A stretch of 63,442 nucleotides of DNA, filler included, from Intoshia linei (taxonomy: Eukaryota > Animalia > Orthonectida): the NCBI GenBank assembly GCA_001642005.1. It is 4 parts of 4 records of this genome, joined end to end, with 100 filler letters (N's around TTAATTAATTAA, not from the genome) between each part and the next. Parts side by side here need not be neighbours in the genome. Positions count along the whole stretch, not along the records: positions 37,216 to 62,097 come from LWCA01000517.1; positions 62,198 to 63,442 come from LWCA01002797.1; 2 more parts are not named here. One strand, given 5' to 3'. Below the pieces are notes generated by a model that worked only from the letters and a program-made list of their open reading frames with translations, did not search any database and was not told the DNA's origin. Of the stretch, positions 51,165 through 63,442 are shown piece by piece. A program made the position numbers and the translations under genes. The stretch's first letter is position 1; each line of letters begins with the position of its first letter.

Positions 51165-54100
51165 CTAAAAATACAAGCTATTTTTGGATTTAATTTTTTT
51201 TCTGCATATGTGGCATTCCTCCAATTTTATGCTGCACGATTTGCAGACAGTGTGACCGCAATTAAAAACAATGTCACGTTGGTTGTCTAGGCATATTAAA
51301 CAAGTTATAGTGTATTCTAGTTCATCTATCCGATCTTTCAGTTCTTCCATGTCTCCATCTATATTTTTAGATATTTCTAATGCTTTGTATTGAGTTTTGA
51401 TTGGTTCGTTCCGAATGATTTCATTGTCTATTTTTAGATTTATCAAATTTTATTTTAAACATAAATAACAAAAATTTACTTGATACTACTAATTTCGTTT
51501 GAATGTTTTGATGGCATACTAGACATTCTTTGATTTTTAGGCTATCGTCTTTACATGCAATTATATGCGTGCACGGCATCATTCGCCTACATTTTATTTA
51601 CATTTTTTTTAATTTTTAATACACTAATCGTCTGGTATCCAGGCATATCATACATCTTTTTCTAGATTCCAAATCCCTAAATGCATCACATTATCTATCA
51701 GCTAAATGTAACCAACTCCTCGATTTTTCGCTTTACTTCATTGGTTAAAGCATTTTTGTAATATATTCGAAATTTTTGAAGAACAGTCATGTCTCCATTG
51801 ATTAAACTTTCAAAACTAGCTCCAACTAAATAAATTCATTACATTAACTAAGTTGTCTACTGTTTATAACCAATACCGGCAATGTCGAGGTTGGAGTTTT
51901 TGCTGATAATTTTTAAATAAATAAATCGGATTTAAAAAAATTAAGTAAAAAAACAATAAAGAAAAAAACACAGTTTAAAATGTAATTTAACTGTCGTCTT
52001 ACTATTCATTTTCTAAATACCAGAATTTCATAAAGATATAAAATAAAGTTAAATTTAAATTAAATTTGAAAAACGATAGTTACAATATTTTTTAATATTG
52101 AATATTCAAATTCAAAAATGTAATCTCAATAAAAATCTTATCACAGTCAAATTTCAATTAAATTTTACTGATTGGAATATAGATTTTTGAATTATCGGTA
52201 ACAAAGTGTTTAAAACTGTACTATAAAAATTTTTGATTTTAAATTTGAATTTGAAAAATTTTGGACGTTTTAGACTCGATTTCCGCCACATCGTTTGATG
52301 CACGGTCCAAATTTCGTGTTCAGATCGTTTATTTACTTGTTAATTTACTCGTATGGTCTGAATTATTAATAAGGTTTTGAAATTATATAAATTTATTAAT
52401 ATAAATTCTCCTCCAATTAATCTGAACTTTTCTCAATAAAATAAAATCTTTATTAAGTTTCTATTTAATACATGTAATAATTTAAGTAAAGCTGGGTTGG
52501 CTACTTACGATTTATCAAGTTTATCTCTAAAGTATTTTATTAAAATTATTAAAAAATATTTTAGATTTGATCATGATTCATCATTATAATGAATTTACTG
52601 TTATTTACTAGCAATATGAAGCTGGAAGATGAAGCAAAGCATTACAAAACTTTTAATTTTTTAAAGAATTTATTAACATATTAATGTAAGCAAAAAATAA
52701 ACACACCAAATTAACCAACCTCAGACTAAATTAAAAACATACGTAATAATAGATAGAGGATTAGAACAATATTTCCTTTGGTTACTTTAAATTTTGATAT
52801 AGATATCTTTAATTTTTTAATCTAAATTGAATTACATTTATACATTTACCAACATTTCTTATTATTACAATTACAAGTCGATCCTAAAATGCTCGACCAA
52901 GTAAATATAAATAACTACTCACACAAATAATCTTATATAATTTTCAATTTCAGTAAATTTTGATCAAGGTTAATCTATTTGTATGTACAAAATTAGGGCT
53001 AAAATAATTCATATCTATATCAAACAGAACACCATTTATGAGATGTCATCGTCATTCTAGTTAATTTTATAGATACAAATTGTTAAACAGCTAACAGATT
53101 TCCATTGTGAAAAATTCTCTACCCCTCAGAAAAGAGATTCTCAAATTTTTCAAGTATCTCCCTAGGTTTATTAGTTATAAACAGTGTCTATTGGACATTA
53201 ATGTAATTTGCAAATAATAATAAATTGAATTACTATATTGTATATTATTTCATTATTATCTTCTTTACACGGTCTAATATGCATAATAGCCAATGCTACC
53301 GAATTGTTTTCATTAGCATCATTAATTGTTATATTTGCGCCTATTATAAGGTAAAATTTTGAATTTTAAATAAATGGTGGTGAACTGGGTAAGTCCCTGT
53401 CCGTATTATATAATAAATGTCTGTCTCATTGCCCGGTTCCTTACATATTTAGCGTAATTTTACGGCTCAAAATATAGTTAGAAAGTGATTTTTAATGATA
53501 ATAAATGAACTCAATGCAATATTAAACGATCAGTTGAACTGGTATAATAACTCAGATGTATCCAAAACATTTAAAATTAATGCCAGAACAATTGTCAGTC
53601 CTCATCGGAAGAGTTCCTGCATGCATACTTTCTTTTTTGTCCGATATTATCATGGTAATAAATCGAAGCTGTTAAACTGTTTTGAGTTTGCCGCAGAATC
53701 AATTAAAACCATAAAAATGGAGTACTGAAATAACCACAAAAACACCCAAAATTATATATAGGATGCATCCTCTCATTTTTTATCATAGACAACTGAGTGT
53801 CTATGAACTGTGAACTAAGTGTCATGTTAGTTGTTGGTGTGGCATTTAATGTCCTTAAACCTGGATAGAACAAGAAAATATTATTGCATCTGTAGTATGC
53901 CATTATTTTAATGTATTGGGAGGAATTTTAAATCGTATAACAGCCGCCAAATGGTATATCCTAACTTATATAAAAGGCTACGTGATTTTTGTTTGTGTTT
54001 GTCTGTGTGTGTTCCACTTTATTGAAATAACTACCACTCTTAGAATTTTTTAAAGACCACATTTCAATTACAGTTTTTTCCGGGATGTATAATAAGATAA

Positions 54101-57100
54101 ATTTCAATCCTCCAATTTTACATCTTACAGGTCAAACCCTGTTGTCTCTCTTTTTGAAGAGCAAACGAGTTGGAGAATTTAAAAAAATATATCAATTGTC
54201 CTTCTTTTTGAAATCAAACGAGTTGGAGAATTTAAAAAAAGTATAGTTTTTTTCGGGACATATAATAAGATAAATTTCAACCTCCCAATTTCACATCTTA
54301 CGGGTCAAAAACCCCAGTTGTCCTCTTTTTGAAAATCAAACGAGTTGCAGAATTTAAATAAATATATACGCTGATGCGAATTTTAAAATCATAAACATAA
54401 CATAAATTTAAATTTAAAAAAATTGTATCTTCAGGGCCAAAACCACAAATTACCCTTCTTTTTTTAATGAAAACAGCCTTAGAATTTCAAAAAATTTACA
54501 GGTGGTACAGTTATATCCTGTTAACACACATAAAAATTTTCAATCTGAATAAGTGACGACTTCACGGTCAAAAAAGCATTTTGGTATTTATATATTTTTT
54601 TCCGAAATATCTTAGTAAAACAAAAAATGTGAAATAATTAATGGTCTGAAAATTAAAAAAAAAATTATTCTGATAGAGCTTATTCCAGTTGATATAAATA
54701 CAAAATTTCAACCTCAGAAATCTAGGCATTTCCGGTGAAAAATAATTTTTAATATATTATCAACCAATATTTTTCAAATATTTCGAATTAAAATAAAAAT
54801 GAAAATGCAAATTGAATTCTATAATTTCAAAAAAAATGTGCATTGTACGTCTACACATTTCCAATAAAGACATATGAATAAAAATCTATATAATTCATTT
54901 CTTCGAAAATTTTTTCATTGCTACGCAATTTTTAAAATTCAAATTTTCATTTTCACAGTAAGCGTCACCTACATGGGTTATGAGAAAAAAAGTGTGTTGC
55001 AATTGTATATACAATCAAGGACTTTCAACAAGTTAAACTTAAGCTGTCCTTAATACAGTACATATATTTATAATAATCATGTACATATAATACATATATT
55101 GTAACTTATGAAAAATATTAGGAATTAAATATCAATATTTAAAATTATTAAGCTATTATTTCAGGGATGGCAACCAAATGAAATATGGTGTGTTAGTTTT
55201 GAGATTATATTGGAAAATTATTTTTTGATGTGTTTCTTTATAAAAAAAATGTTACTCAGTCTTCCAATTTAAACAAAAGCTAAATTTTTTACCTATATGA
55301 GAGAAAATGAGTAAAATTTTTCAATGATATGCTAATAAACTATGTTTTTTCATGGAATCTAATTCTTTTAAGATTTTTTAAGATGTATATTTTTGGAAGT
55401 GTATTAAAAAATCCTTCAAGTGTGCATTTTAACACGAGAATAAACTTTTTACCATCACCATACTATTTGAACGAAAAACACAAAATGATACAGATCTTAT
55501 TGTAAATTACCATATTTTAAAAGTTCAATGATACATTGACTTGTTCCGTATTTAATGGCATGATGAAGTGGAGTATCTCCTTCAAAATTTCTCTTGTTTA
55601 TATAGTTTGAGTTGGTCTGAGTTTTTTAATTATTACTAATTCAAATTAAATATTTTTAATATTAAATTATAATTATTTTACTTTACTTTAATCTATTTAA
55701 CATTTTAATTATAATCGGAAAAGTACAAATAGAAAAACTTTGAGAAATAGTCGGATGTGGTTTTCAACATTTTAGAATACGAACATCAAAATTAACATTC
55801 ATCAGTGATGAATCATCACTTGATTACTCAAAAATGGTACAATTTCCTTTTTTATTCGAGATATTGTTCCTTTACTCATTGCATACATTACTCATAGTTT
55901 TCGTTCAAATAACGTTTTATCTTAAAAGCTTTTAATTTAGATATTTTTATTTTGTGTCATAATTTAATTTTTATAAAAAAATAAAGTGCCCCAAAACGAG
56001 GCCTATTTGACATTTATTTATATGAAATAGTATAAAATACTATCAAACTAACACAATATTGAAAAAAAGCTACAAAAGCGAGGGTGCCCGCTGCCGCGGT
56101 TCGCCCCAAACCGGGTCTGACTGTATTAACATTTTTACAATTGTAAAATTAATTTTATAAAATTATTGTTACCATCATGAAAATTTTTGAAATTGCGTTT
56201 TTAAATAATTTTTAAAACAGGTAATATTTAATAATTTCTGTAGCTAAAATCTCAATTTTTCAAATGATAGGATCCTACAAGGTATATTAGATTTATTTCA
56301 ATGTCAATTAAAATTAAAGTATTGTAAAACTGTAAAAATCTAGTAATGATTATTTTTTCCATGTTTTGACGTGTTATGATTAATTTTGGTAATTAGTTAT
56401 AAATTATACTAATAATTTACATATTTATTTAACACACATTTACATTTCACATTTAAATATTATTATTTAATCTAATTTACTTATTGTTATTAAATATAAC
56501 TTATATATAGTTGATTTTGATATTTAATATTTCACAATGTATTAGTGTAATGGTAAGTTACTATAAATTACATTTAAGGCCATAGAAGAGATAATATCAG
56601 TAAATCCAATGTACGCAGCAAAGTGAAATACATTCCAATCCTCTAAAACGTGCCGATCCATTGTTTCTGAAAATAATTTGACTATATTGTGCACTGCTCT
56701 AAATTATTTTTATAGTTTTTCATCAATACATTTATTAATATATTTTTTTCATATACAGTCAATTTAACGTAAGCTTTCAATTTTATTCAATTTAACTTTT
56801 TTAATCACTAATGCTAATCACAATACTTTTTCCTGTGTATTTTTGAACGAAAATTAAGAAAAATACATGTATTTAATAATTGGTTTATCAATTTTCTAGG
56901 GTTTTTAAAATAAACGTATTCTAACTTACTAAAAATTACTAACTTTACTTAGTATGTAAAAGGAGTACTTTATTTTATATTATTTTGATGAGTTGAAAAT
57001 TTGTTTGAATTTATGTTGTCTTCACGTAAAATGTGATTACATACATGTATATTCTATTTCGAAATATTTTCTGACTAATTAATGAGATTTCTGCAATACG

Positions 57101-60100
57101 GCTCGATGCACGACCTCTAAATTTTTTAATATCTACCATTCAGTTACAGCCTTTACCAAATAAACACAAACTTCGAATCGTGCTTTGGGCCGTGTTGCAG
57201 AAATCTACATAGATGGATAGGGTTATTTTATTTATTACGCTCCATTTCTGTAAAATATAGCATTGAATAATGGTGTAAATCCATTGTTGTTAATAATATT
57301 TAAATTTATATTTTCTATACATAGTATATTATCTACCATCGTCAATTCACTAAATGCAACAATGTCGTGTATAACTGTATCTCCATAAATATCCTAAATT
57401 AAGATATTATTATATTATTTTACATATTATATTATGTTAATGAAAAACAATAGAATATACTTGAAGATATATTAAAGCACCATGACTAATCAACTCATTG
57501 AAGCAGCTCAAAAATCCCATATTTGCTGCTATATGTAAAGGAGTAAATCCAAATATATTTACAGCATTTATATCCGCTTTATGTTCAATTAACACTTTAA
57601 TTATTTCTTCGTTTCCTCTAAAAATACATTATTTGGATTTTTTTTAAATTAATTATGTTACAATATATGTACAATAATATATGTAATTATTAATGCGAAC
57701 AACGTCATAAAAAATTATTATTTTTTTTAATAGTAAAAAAATGTTAAAAATGTAAGAAGGAACTCTAATACTCTAACTCATCATCAAGTGTTAAAAGATC
57801 CGTTTTCGTTGTTGAAGAATATATTATCCGACCAAAAAAATTTTTTAAAAACAAATATTTATAAATATATTCTATTGTACTATAACAGCGGTTCCCAACA
57901 TACTTCACAGTTAGTACCCCTAAGCTAAAAAAAAATTGTTAAAACTCTACTTGACTCTAAATGGATATCTAAAAAATCGTTAATGATTGAACTGACGAAA
58001 TAAGGGCGTAAATGTATTTAATATACAATCTTAAAAATACCGAGACTATCAAATAGACGTAAATACATAAGGAACTAAGTATATTATTACAAATTAATTT
58101 TTATTTTCAATTATTTTTGGGATTTAAAAAAATATATATAATTTATGAGTCATAGTATCAGACGAGCTGGCACTCTAAAATATTTTCTGGTGTCCCTAGG
58201 GGTTCCAGTATCTTCATTTGAGATCAGCTGTACTATAATAAATGAATTTGTCATAAAAGGTCATATTATTTTTGGGAAATGTCATATTTTTTTTGAATTT
58301 TTGGTCATAAATAAATTACTTTAGTAATTATATATTACTATTTTTTTTACGTCAGTGTTTACCCCTCTAGTATCATCGTCAATGTTTTAATATTTTATGA
58401 TAATTAAAGTTATTGATCGTCCATTGGATAAGGCAAATTTCATTTAAAAGTGTATTATACGTCTTAAATTTATTTCATAATTTAATTCACTGTAGGACAA
58501 GAACAGCAAACTGGTCCATATTGACTCCTGGTTATGTCTATATGAAAAAATAACAAAATTTTACATAGAGCTAGATACTCATATTCTGAATGCTCATTTT
58601 AAAAGTCATATTTGGAAATTACTAAAATGGTCAATGAATAATGGGTTTAACTGAGCTACAGCTGATAAGGAATAATATTTTTTTCACGTTTCAAACGTAT
58701 ACAAATAAGTTTTACGCAATTACCAACATACTAAAGAAAATTTTTTATAAATTCTTTTTTGGCTCCCTAATAGTCATGCAACATTCAATTCTACACAAAG
58801 GAAGTACGGATAAATTGATTAGACTAATTAAATTTGTATTTTTAAATTTTAAAAAAGTAAAATGTAGCCAACTGTACATTATACAATGCGTTGCAAAAGT
58901 ATAAACATACCTTCATATATGAAGAAGAGGGTCAAATAACCATGGAAAAATATTTTTATTGGTAAACTAAGTTTTACTTATTAATGAATAAAACTCAAAA
59001 TTTGGCCGTAGCCATAGAATTTTGACACATTTACTAAAATAATATATCATTAAAATATATTTTGTTACAAAATTATAAACAGTGTTTAACGTATAATAAC
59101 TCTTATAATCAGAAAGATCGTTCTGGGAATTTAGTAATAAGGGCTAAGCCAAATATCTTTTTATCACGCATTACTTCTTTAGAAACGCGACAATATTAAT
59201 TTTATATTTGTTAAAAATTTTTATAACATTTTACTATGAGAATAATGTTTAATTTAAACTTTTTAGGGAAAAATTTCGATGTTGAGTGGCCCGGTACAAA
59301 CTCAACCAATTTGAATAATTTTTTCAGGAAAGTGATCATCACCAATAATCCTGATGCTGAAAAATAATTTTTGATCTTTGAAAAAAATATGCAAAAGTGA
59401 TCACCCTATTATACAGTGTATACAAATAAATGTAAAAATTACAAATAACAAGCTAAATGAAGAGGAGTTTCATAATATCTGGATCTCGGATCGACATTAT
59501 ATCCTTCCTTTATCAAATAATGTATAATGCTTGCATTATTAGGATTTATAGAGACAAAATGCATTACGGAATAACAGTAAGTGCCATACATAAAATTTTT
59601 CTAAATTTATAATTTTTGATTTTTAATCGTTTTTTAATTATTCCGTACTATTACCTCAAATTTATGTATATTTTTTTTCATAGTTTCAACATCACTCGAA
59701 TAACCACACAGAGGTAAAATAAATGTTTTAGTTATGGAATCGATTGAATTTATAACATAATCTATAATAATTATAATAATACATCATCATAATAAGAGGT
59801 CGCGTGACCGTTCAAGATATTATAATTTTTTTAGAAAATATGCAATTAAAATTTAAATTTAAAAAGTAGAAAAATAACTTCATATGTCACTATGCACAAA
59901 TAGAAGTTATATTCTTTACTCGGGAGCCCGAGGACTTAAAATGTACTATTTTGAGAACCAATGTAGCTTTATTCTATTTTATTTAATGTTATACATACTT
60001 TTCAAATCCAAGTAAAGTGGAAGTTTGTAAATCAGAGTAGCATACATTTCTTTCCAACCGCGTTGAACAATAACTAAAAATTTTGGAAAAAGTAATTTTA

Positions 60101-61582
60101 TTCCATCATATTGAGGAAACGTCACTTCGATTATTTCTGTATTAATTTTGCTAACAATACCAATGTTATTGGTAATCTATTTGATTGGTGATATTAAGTA
60201 AATTTTATAAAAATAAATAAAATATACATTACTTTAATAATATTATCCTCGACATGCATATTGTAGCACATGTGAATAAGTTCTCTATCGTTAAATATTT
60301 TGACTCTATCATTTAATTTGGGTTCTTTATACTGAAAAAGTATATATAAAATATAAATTACTCAAAAATTTTTATAATGAATTTTTTTTTGAAATTAAAA
60401 AAATCTACATTATGTATATATTAAGTTATTTTCAGATAGTCACATGCATCCTTAACGAATATGGTTTACTCTTTAAAAAAATTGTCATGTGATGAAAAGT
60501 TTTTAAATTTTTTTTGAAATTTAGTGATCAATCATACCTGATTAAAACATGAGAATGGAATTTTATATTCTGTATCATCTAGTTCAATTGTCACAATGGC
60601 ATATTCATTTTCAACTGATTTTATTTTACCAAATTGTCCACTTATCTAAAATTGAAAAAAAATTTAATTTTTTTATCAAACGTTGAAGGGAGTAATGGGG
60701 TTTTTTAAGAAATTTATAAATTAAAAAGTGGGATTTTTGGCAAAAATAATATTATTGAATTTAAGAATAAATAATTATAAATAATACTTAAATTCCCTAG
60801 TTATTACGATTATTAAAAATAATTTAAATTACAAATTTAGCTGTTTTAATATACTTTTCACTTTGATTTCGAATATAACATAGTTTTGTAGGTTTTTGCA
60901 TGCTCATTAGATGGCTAATAATGCGATAATTTCGGTTGATTAACACTTTCTGGTTAACTGTTAAAAATAATGCAGATTGATGGTGTATGGTATTTGTCAT
61001 TTCTATAACAAGATAATAAGATTAAATAAATCATTGGTTTTGAACCTTGTACAGGTAGCGTAAATTAATTTCATTTTTTTGATACGGCACCCAAGATTAA
61101 AATTTATTTTAAAATTTTCTATCCTTAAGATATAATCATACTTTCCTTGATAATATGCAATCCAAGGTATGTGTGAGTTTTTCTGATTGTGATTTATTAA
61201 AATATTGAAGTGGATTGATTTTTTAAAAACATAATAATGTCACCCATTAATTCATAAATGTTTAAACAGATTTTAAAAATTATCTGCAACACTGTTGGAG
61301 TAGTATTGAAATAAATAATATAAAATTGTGTAGATTTTACTACATGTATGAATAATATGTAAGTGTATGTAATATATTACGCAATTTTGGCAAATGTTCA
61401 TAGTAAACATTGTTGGATTCAATGAGATATTTACACTTGAGATCTGCTTTCCCGTTTTTACCATACCGAACTCTGCTAAAATTTCCGTTTTTCCATTCAA
61501 CATCTATAAAACCCTCTGCAATATTTTTTTGAAATGTTTGTATATTGTCATCAATATAACCTGAAACTAGTTTACCAGATTC
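51165..61582 (-). CDS. MIB2: Mind bomb 2-like E3 ubiquitin ligase (MIB-HERC2, Mib repeats, ankyrins, two RINGs), 5' end missing
   Basis: MIB-HERC2 motif DVEWKNGNFSRVRYGKNGKADLK (about 61435-61582). Mib-repeat-like exons at about 60060-61280. Ankyrin exons near 59443-59600, 57461-57617 (GFTPLHIAA), 57239-57393, 56570-56700, 55540-55620 (GDTPLHHA) and 53270-53341. RING1 CMIC...PCTH at about 51480-51660. Terminal ELEYTITCLICLD...VFNCGH..C..C...C..CR (51165-51427) is MIB2-like. Confidence 0.88.
53959..54955 (+). mobile_element. Non-autonomous Helitron, 5' portion, with internal duplication
   Basis: A|TCCTAACTTATATAA start and GTTTGTCTGT microsatellite. The unit at 54070-54185 is duplicated at 54245-54360. 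Collinear with 21068-21850. Confidence 0.85.
57086..57207. mobile_element. Small MITE / foldback
   Basis: AGATTTCTGCAATACGGCTCGATGCACGA pairs imperfectly with TCGTGCTTTGGGCCGTGTTGCAGAAATCT. Confidence 0.7.
57886..58230. mobile_element. hAT MITE (345 bp)
   Basis: CAGCGGTTCCCAA left end, degenerate right end TTGAGATCAGCTG, perfect 8-bp TSD TACTATAA. Confidence 0.85.
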
Positions 61583-62097
61583 CTAAAATACAAGTTTAAA
61601 TGTAATAAATAAGGAATAATACATTTCGCTATTTTATAATTTTACGATAAAATCAGAGTCAAGGCATTCAACCTTTAATTAATGAAGATGATTAAATAAC
61701 ATCAATTATACCCATAATTTGTCCGTGAAGTAGGTTATGACAGACCTAGTATTCCCATAGTGATCTGACCCTAACCAGAGCCGAAATTATCGGACCTACC
61801 GTACCGGTTAGAGGCCATATGATGGCCCCCTGATTAATACGGAGTCTATTATAATTTATTATTATTTATATATACTATTATTATATTTTTAAAATCGGCC
61901 CCTCCATAATTCATAAAAAATTTGTTACAGTTACTCAATTTTTTAAAGAATCGACCCATAGAACCAATAATTCTCTTAAAAAAAGTGTAATACTTTTGTA
62001 TATTATTTTAGACCAACAGTGGAAAAAATACGGCGTTTATTGACGATTTGGTGCTGCCTTCTGAACAATTTGAATTATTTTTTTTTAAAAATATTTT

Positions 62098-62197
62098 NNN
62101 NNNNNNNNNNNNNNNNNNNNNNNNNNNNNNNNNNNNNNNNNTTAATTAATTAANNNNNNNNNNNNNNNNNNNNNNNNNNNNNNNNNNNNNNNNNNNN
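62098..62197. other. Artificial scaffold spacer
   Basis: 44 N + TTAATTAATTAA + 44 N. Confidence 0.97.
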
Positions 62198-62780
62198 TTT
62201 TAAAATTTTTTTTATGGGCCTACAATTTCCATCTGACCTTGGCCTACTGCTCGGCTCTGCATGGACCCTCAAAATTAAAAAAATATTTATCATGGATTTC
62301 TAAATATTCATATATATAGTCTGTTTTTCTGATCTCATATACTTTAATCATTAAATCTAATATAAGTATTAATCACATGTTTCATTAGGCAATTATTTAA
62401 AACTAATAAGTAAATATACTTTTTATTTGGAATTTCAAAAATATTTTTAATATTCAATACATACATTATGGTTCAGGTACAACACAAAATATTAACACAG
62501 ATTTACATGGTTACGAAATAATTAAGTGGTTTTTTCACCTTAATAATATTAAATTAATTTCTAATATAATAATTCATTTTACGGTGAACCCCTTATATAG
62601 CGTAGACCCCGTTGGGAAACACAACTCGAAATAAAATGCAAGGAGTAGCACTAAGTTTCAAATTTTATATTTTTTGACGAATTATTGTTTCAGATTATTT
62701 TTACGTCTGGTCTATTCTTAGCCAAATGATTCAACGCTTTCCAGTCAATTCCGATAGCTGACTCCTCTCTTATAATAACA

Positions 62781-63442
62781 TTAGGTTGGCTGTTTTGTAC
62801 TTCGTACAAACAGCACCTACAGCTCTTGTAGCTCTGCCAAGGATAGCTTTTTGAATTTTACACAAAAAATAAAATTTTACAAAAAAATTGTACTATTGAA
62901 TATTACCAATCTGTTAACGGAATGATTCCAAACGTGTCAAGNGGCTGTTTTGTACTTCGTACAAACAGCACCTACAGCTCTTGTAGCTCTGCCAAGGGTA
63001 GCTTTTTGAATTTTACACAAAAAATAAAATTTTACAAAAAAATTGTACTATTAAATATTAGCAATCTGTTAACGGAATGATTCCAAACGTGTCAAGACAA
63101 TTTTTTATTTTTAAATTGTAGAACCATTAATTATATTTAATTTTTTGTTCTAATGAAATAATTACCAAACTAATTTTCTCAGAAAGTAAACAGTAAATTG
63201 ATTTCCCAAAAAACAATCTTTAAAATATATTAAAAAAACTTCCTAAAAACCACCTTTAAAATATGATAAAAAAAATTTTGAGTGTATTAAATAGAGTTGT
63301 TTTTAACTATATAAAATGTAATTGTTTTTTAAATTCTGGGACTATTTTTATTTTTTGAAAAGAGAGTAATTTAAGGTTTTGACTGAAGAAATTACTTTTT
63401 GAAATTTAAATTTATGACAATGTACATGATTTTAAAATTTGT
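62781..63442 (-). mobile_element. Helitron 3' end (runs off the window)
   Basis: A|TTAG at 62781, then the near-perfect hairpin GCTGTTTTGTAC-TTC-GTACAAACAGC. Internal units at 63290-63442. Confidence 0.75.

Noticed and set aside
61777-62259. CAGAGCCGA...TCGGCTCTG as a single MITE spanning gap 3
   Set aside because: The flanking 8-mers do not match as a TSD, so these may be two different copies joined by scaffolding.
62789-63096. Near-perfect ~155-bp tandem duplication containing the hairpin
   Set aside because: The copies are separated by a single N at 62942; most likely unmerged contig overlap.

Overview
Very AT-rich eukaryotic (animal) genomic DNA, not prokaryotic. The window is four contigs joined by artificial 100-bp spacers (44 N + TTAATTAATTAA + 44 N). 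I spliced GT-AG exons by hand and recovered five recognisable genes: a partial nesprin/MSP-300-like CH-domain plus spectrin-like rod gene (+, 1561-17985), a CEP112-like coiled-coil gene (+, from 22711), the last two exons of a SKI2 helicase (+, 38125-38507), a KIF12 kinesin (+, 38834 to about 45316) and a mind bomb 2-like E3 ligase (-, 51165 to at least 61582). There are also two orphan ORFs. Introns are bimodal: many are 34-45 nt, and the long ones are filled with transposons. This architecture would fit a reduced animal such as an orthonectid (inference only). The dominant non-genic structure is a non-autonomous Helitron family (5' TC, 3' hairpin + CTRR, A|T target, internal ~133-bp tandem units). 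It covers roughly 8-9 kb and its intronic copies are almost all antisense to the host gene. Also present are hAT MITEs with 8-bp TSDs (some nested), a complete 1.4-kb LTR element with an extreme strand-specific TGAG/CTCA bias, and decayed gypsy, Tc1/IS630 (DD35E), hAT and other transposase fragments. I saw no rRNA, tRNA or CRISPR array, and I found no unambiguous new biological system. The best leads are the Helitron family's orientation and exon-like ends, the intronic 225-aa ORF in the nesprin gene, and the TGAG-skewed LTR element.
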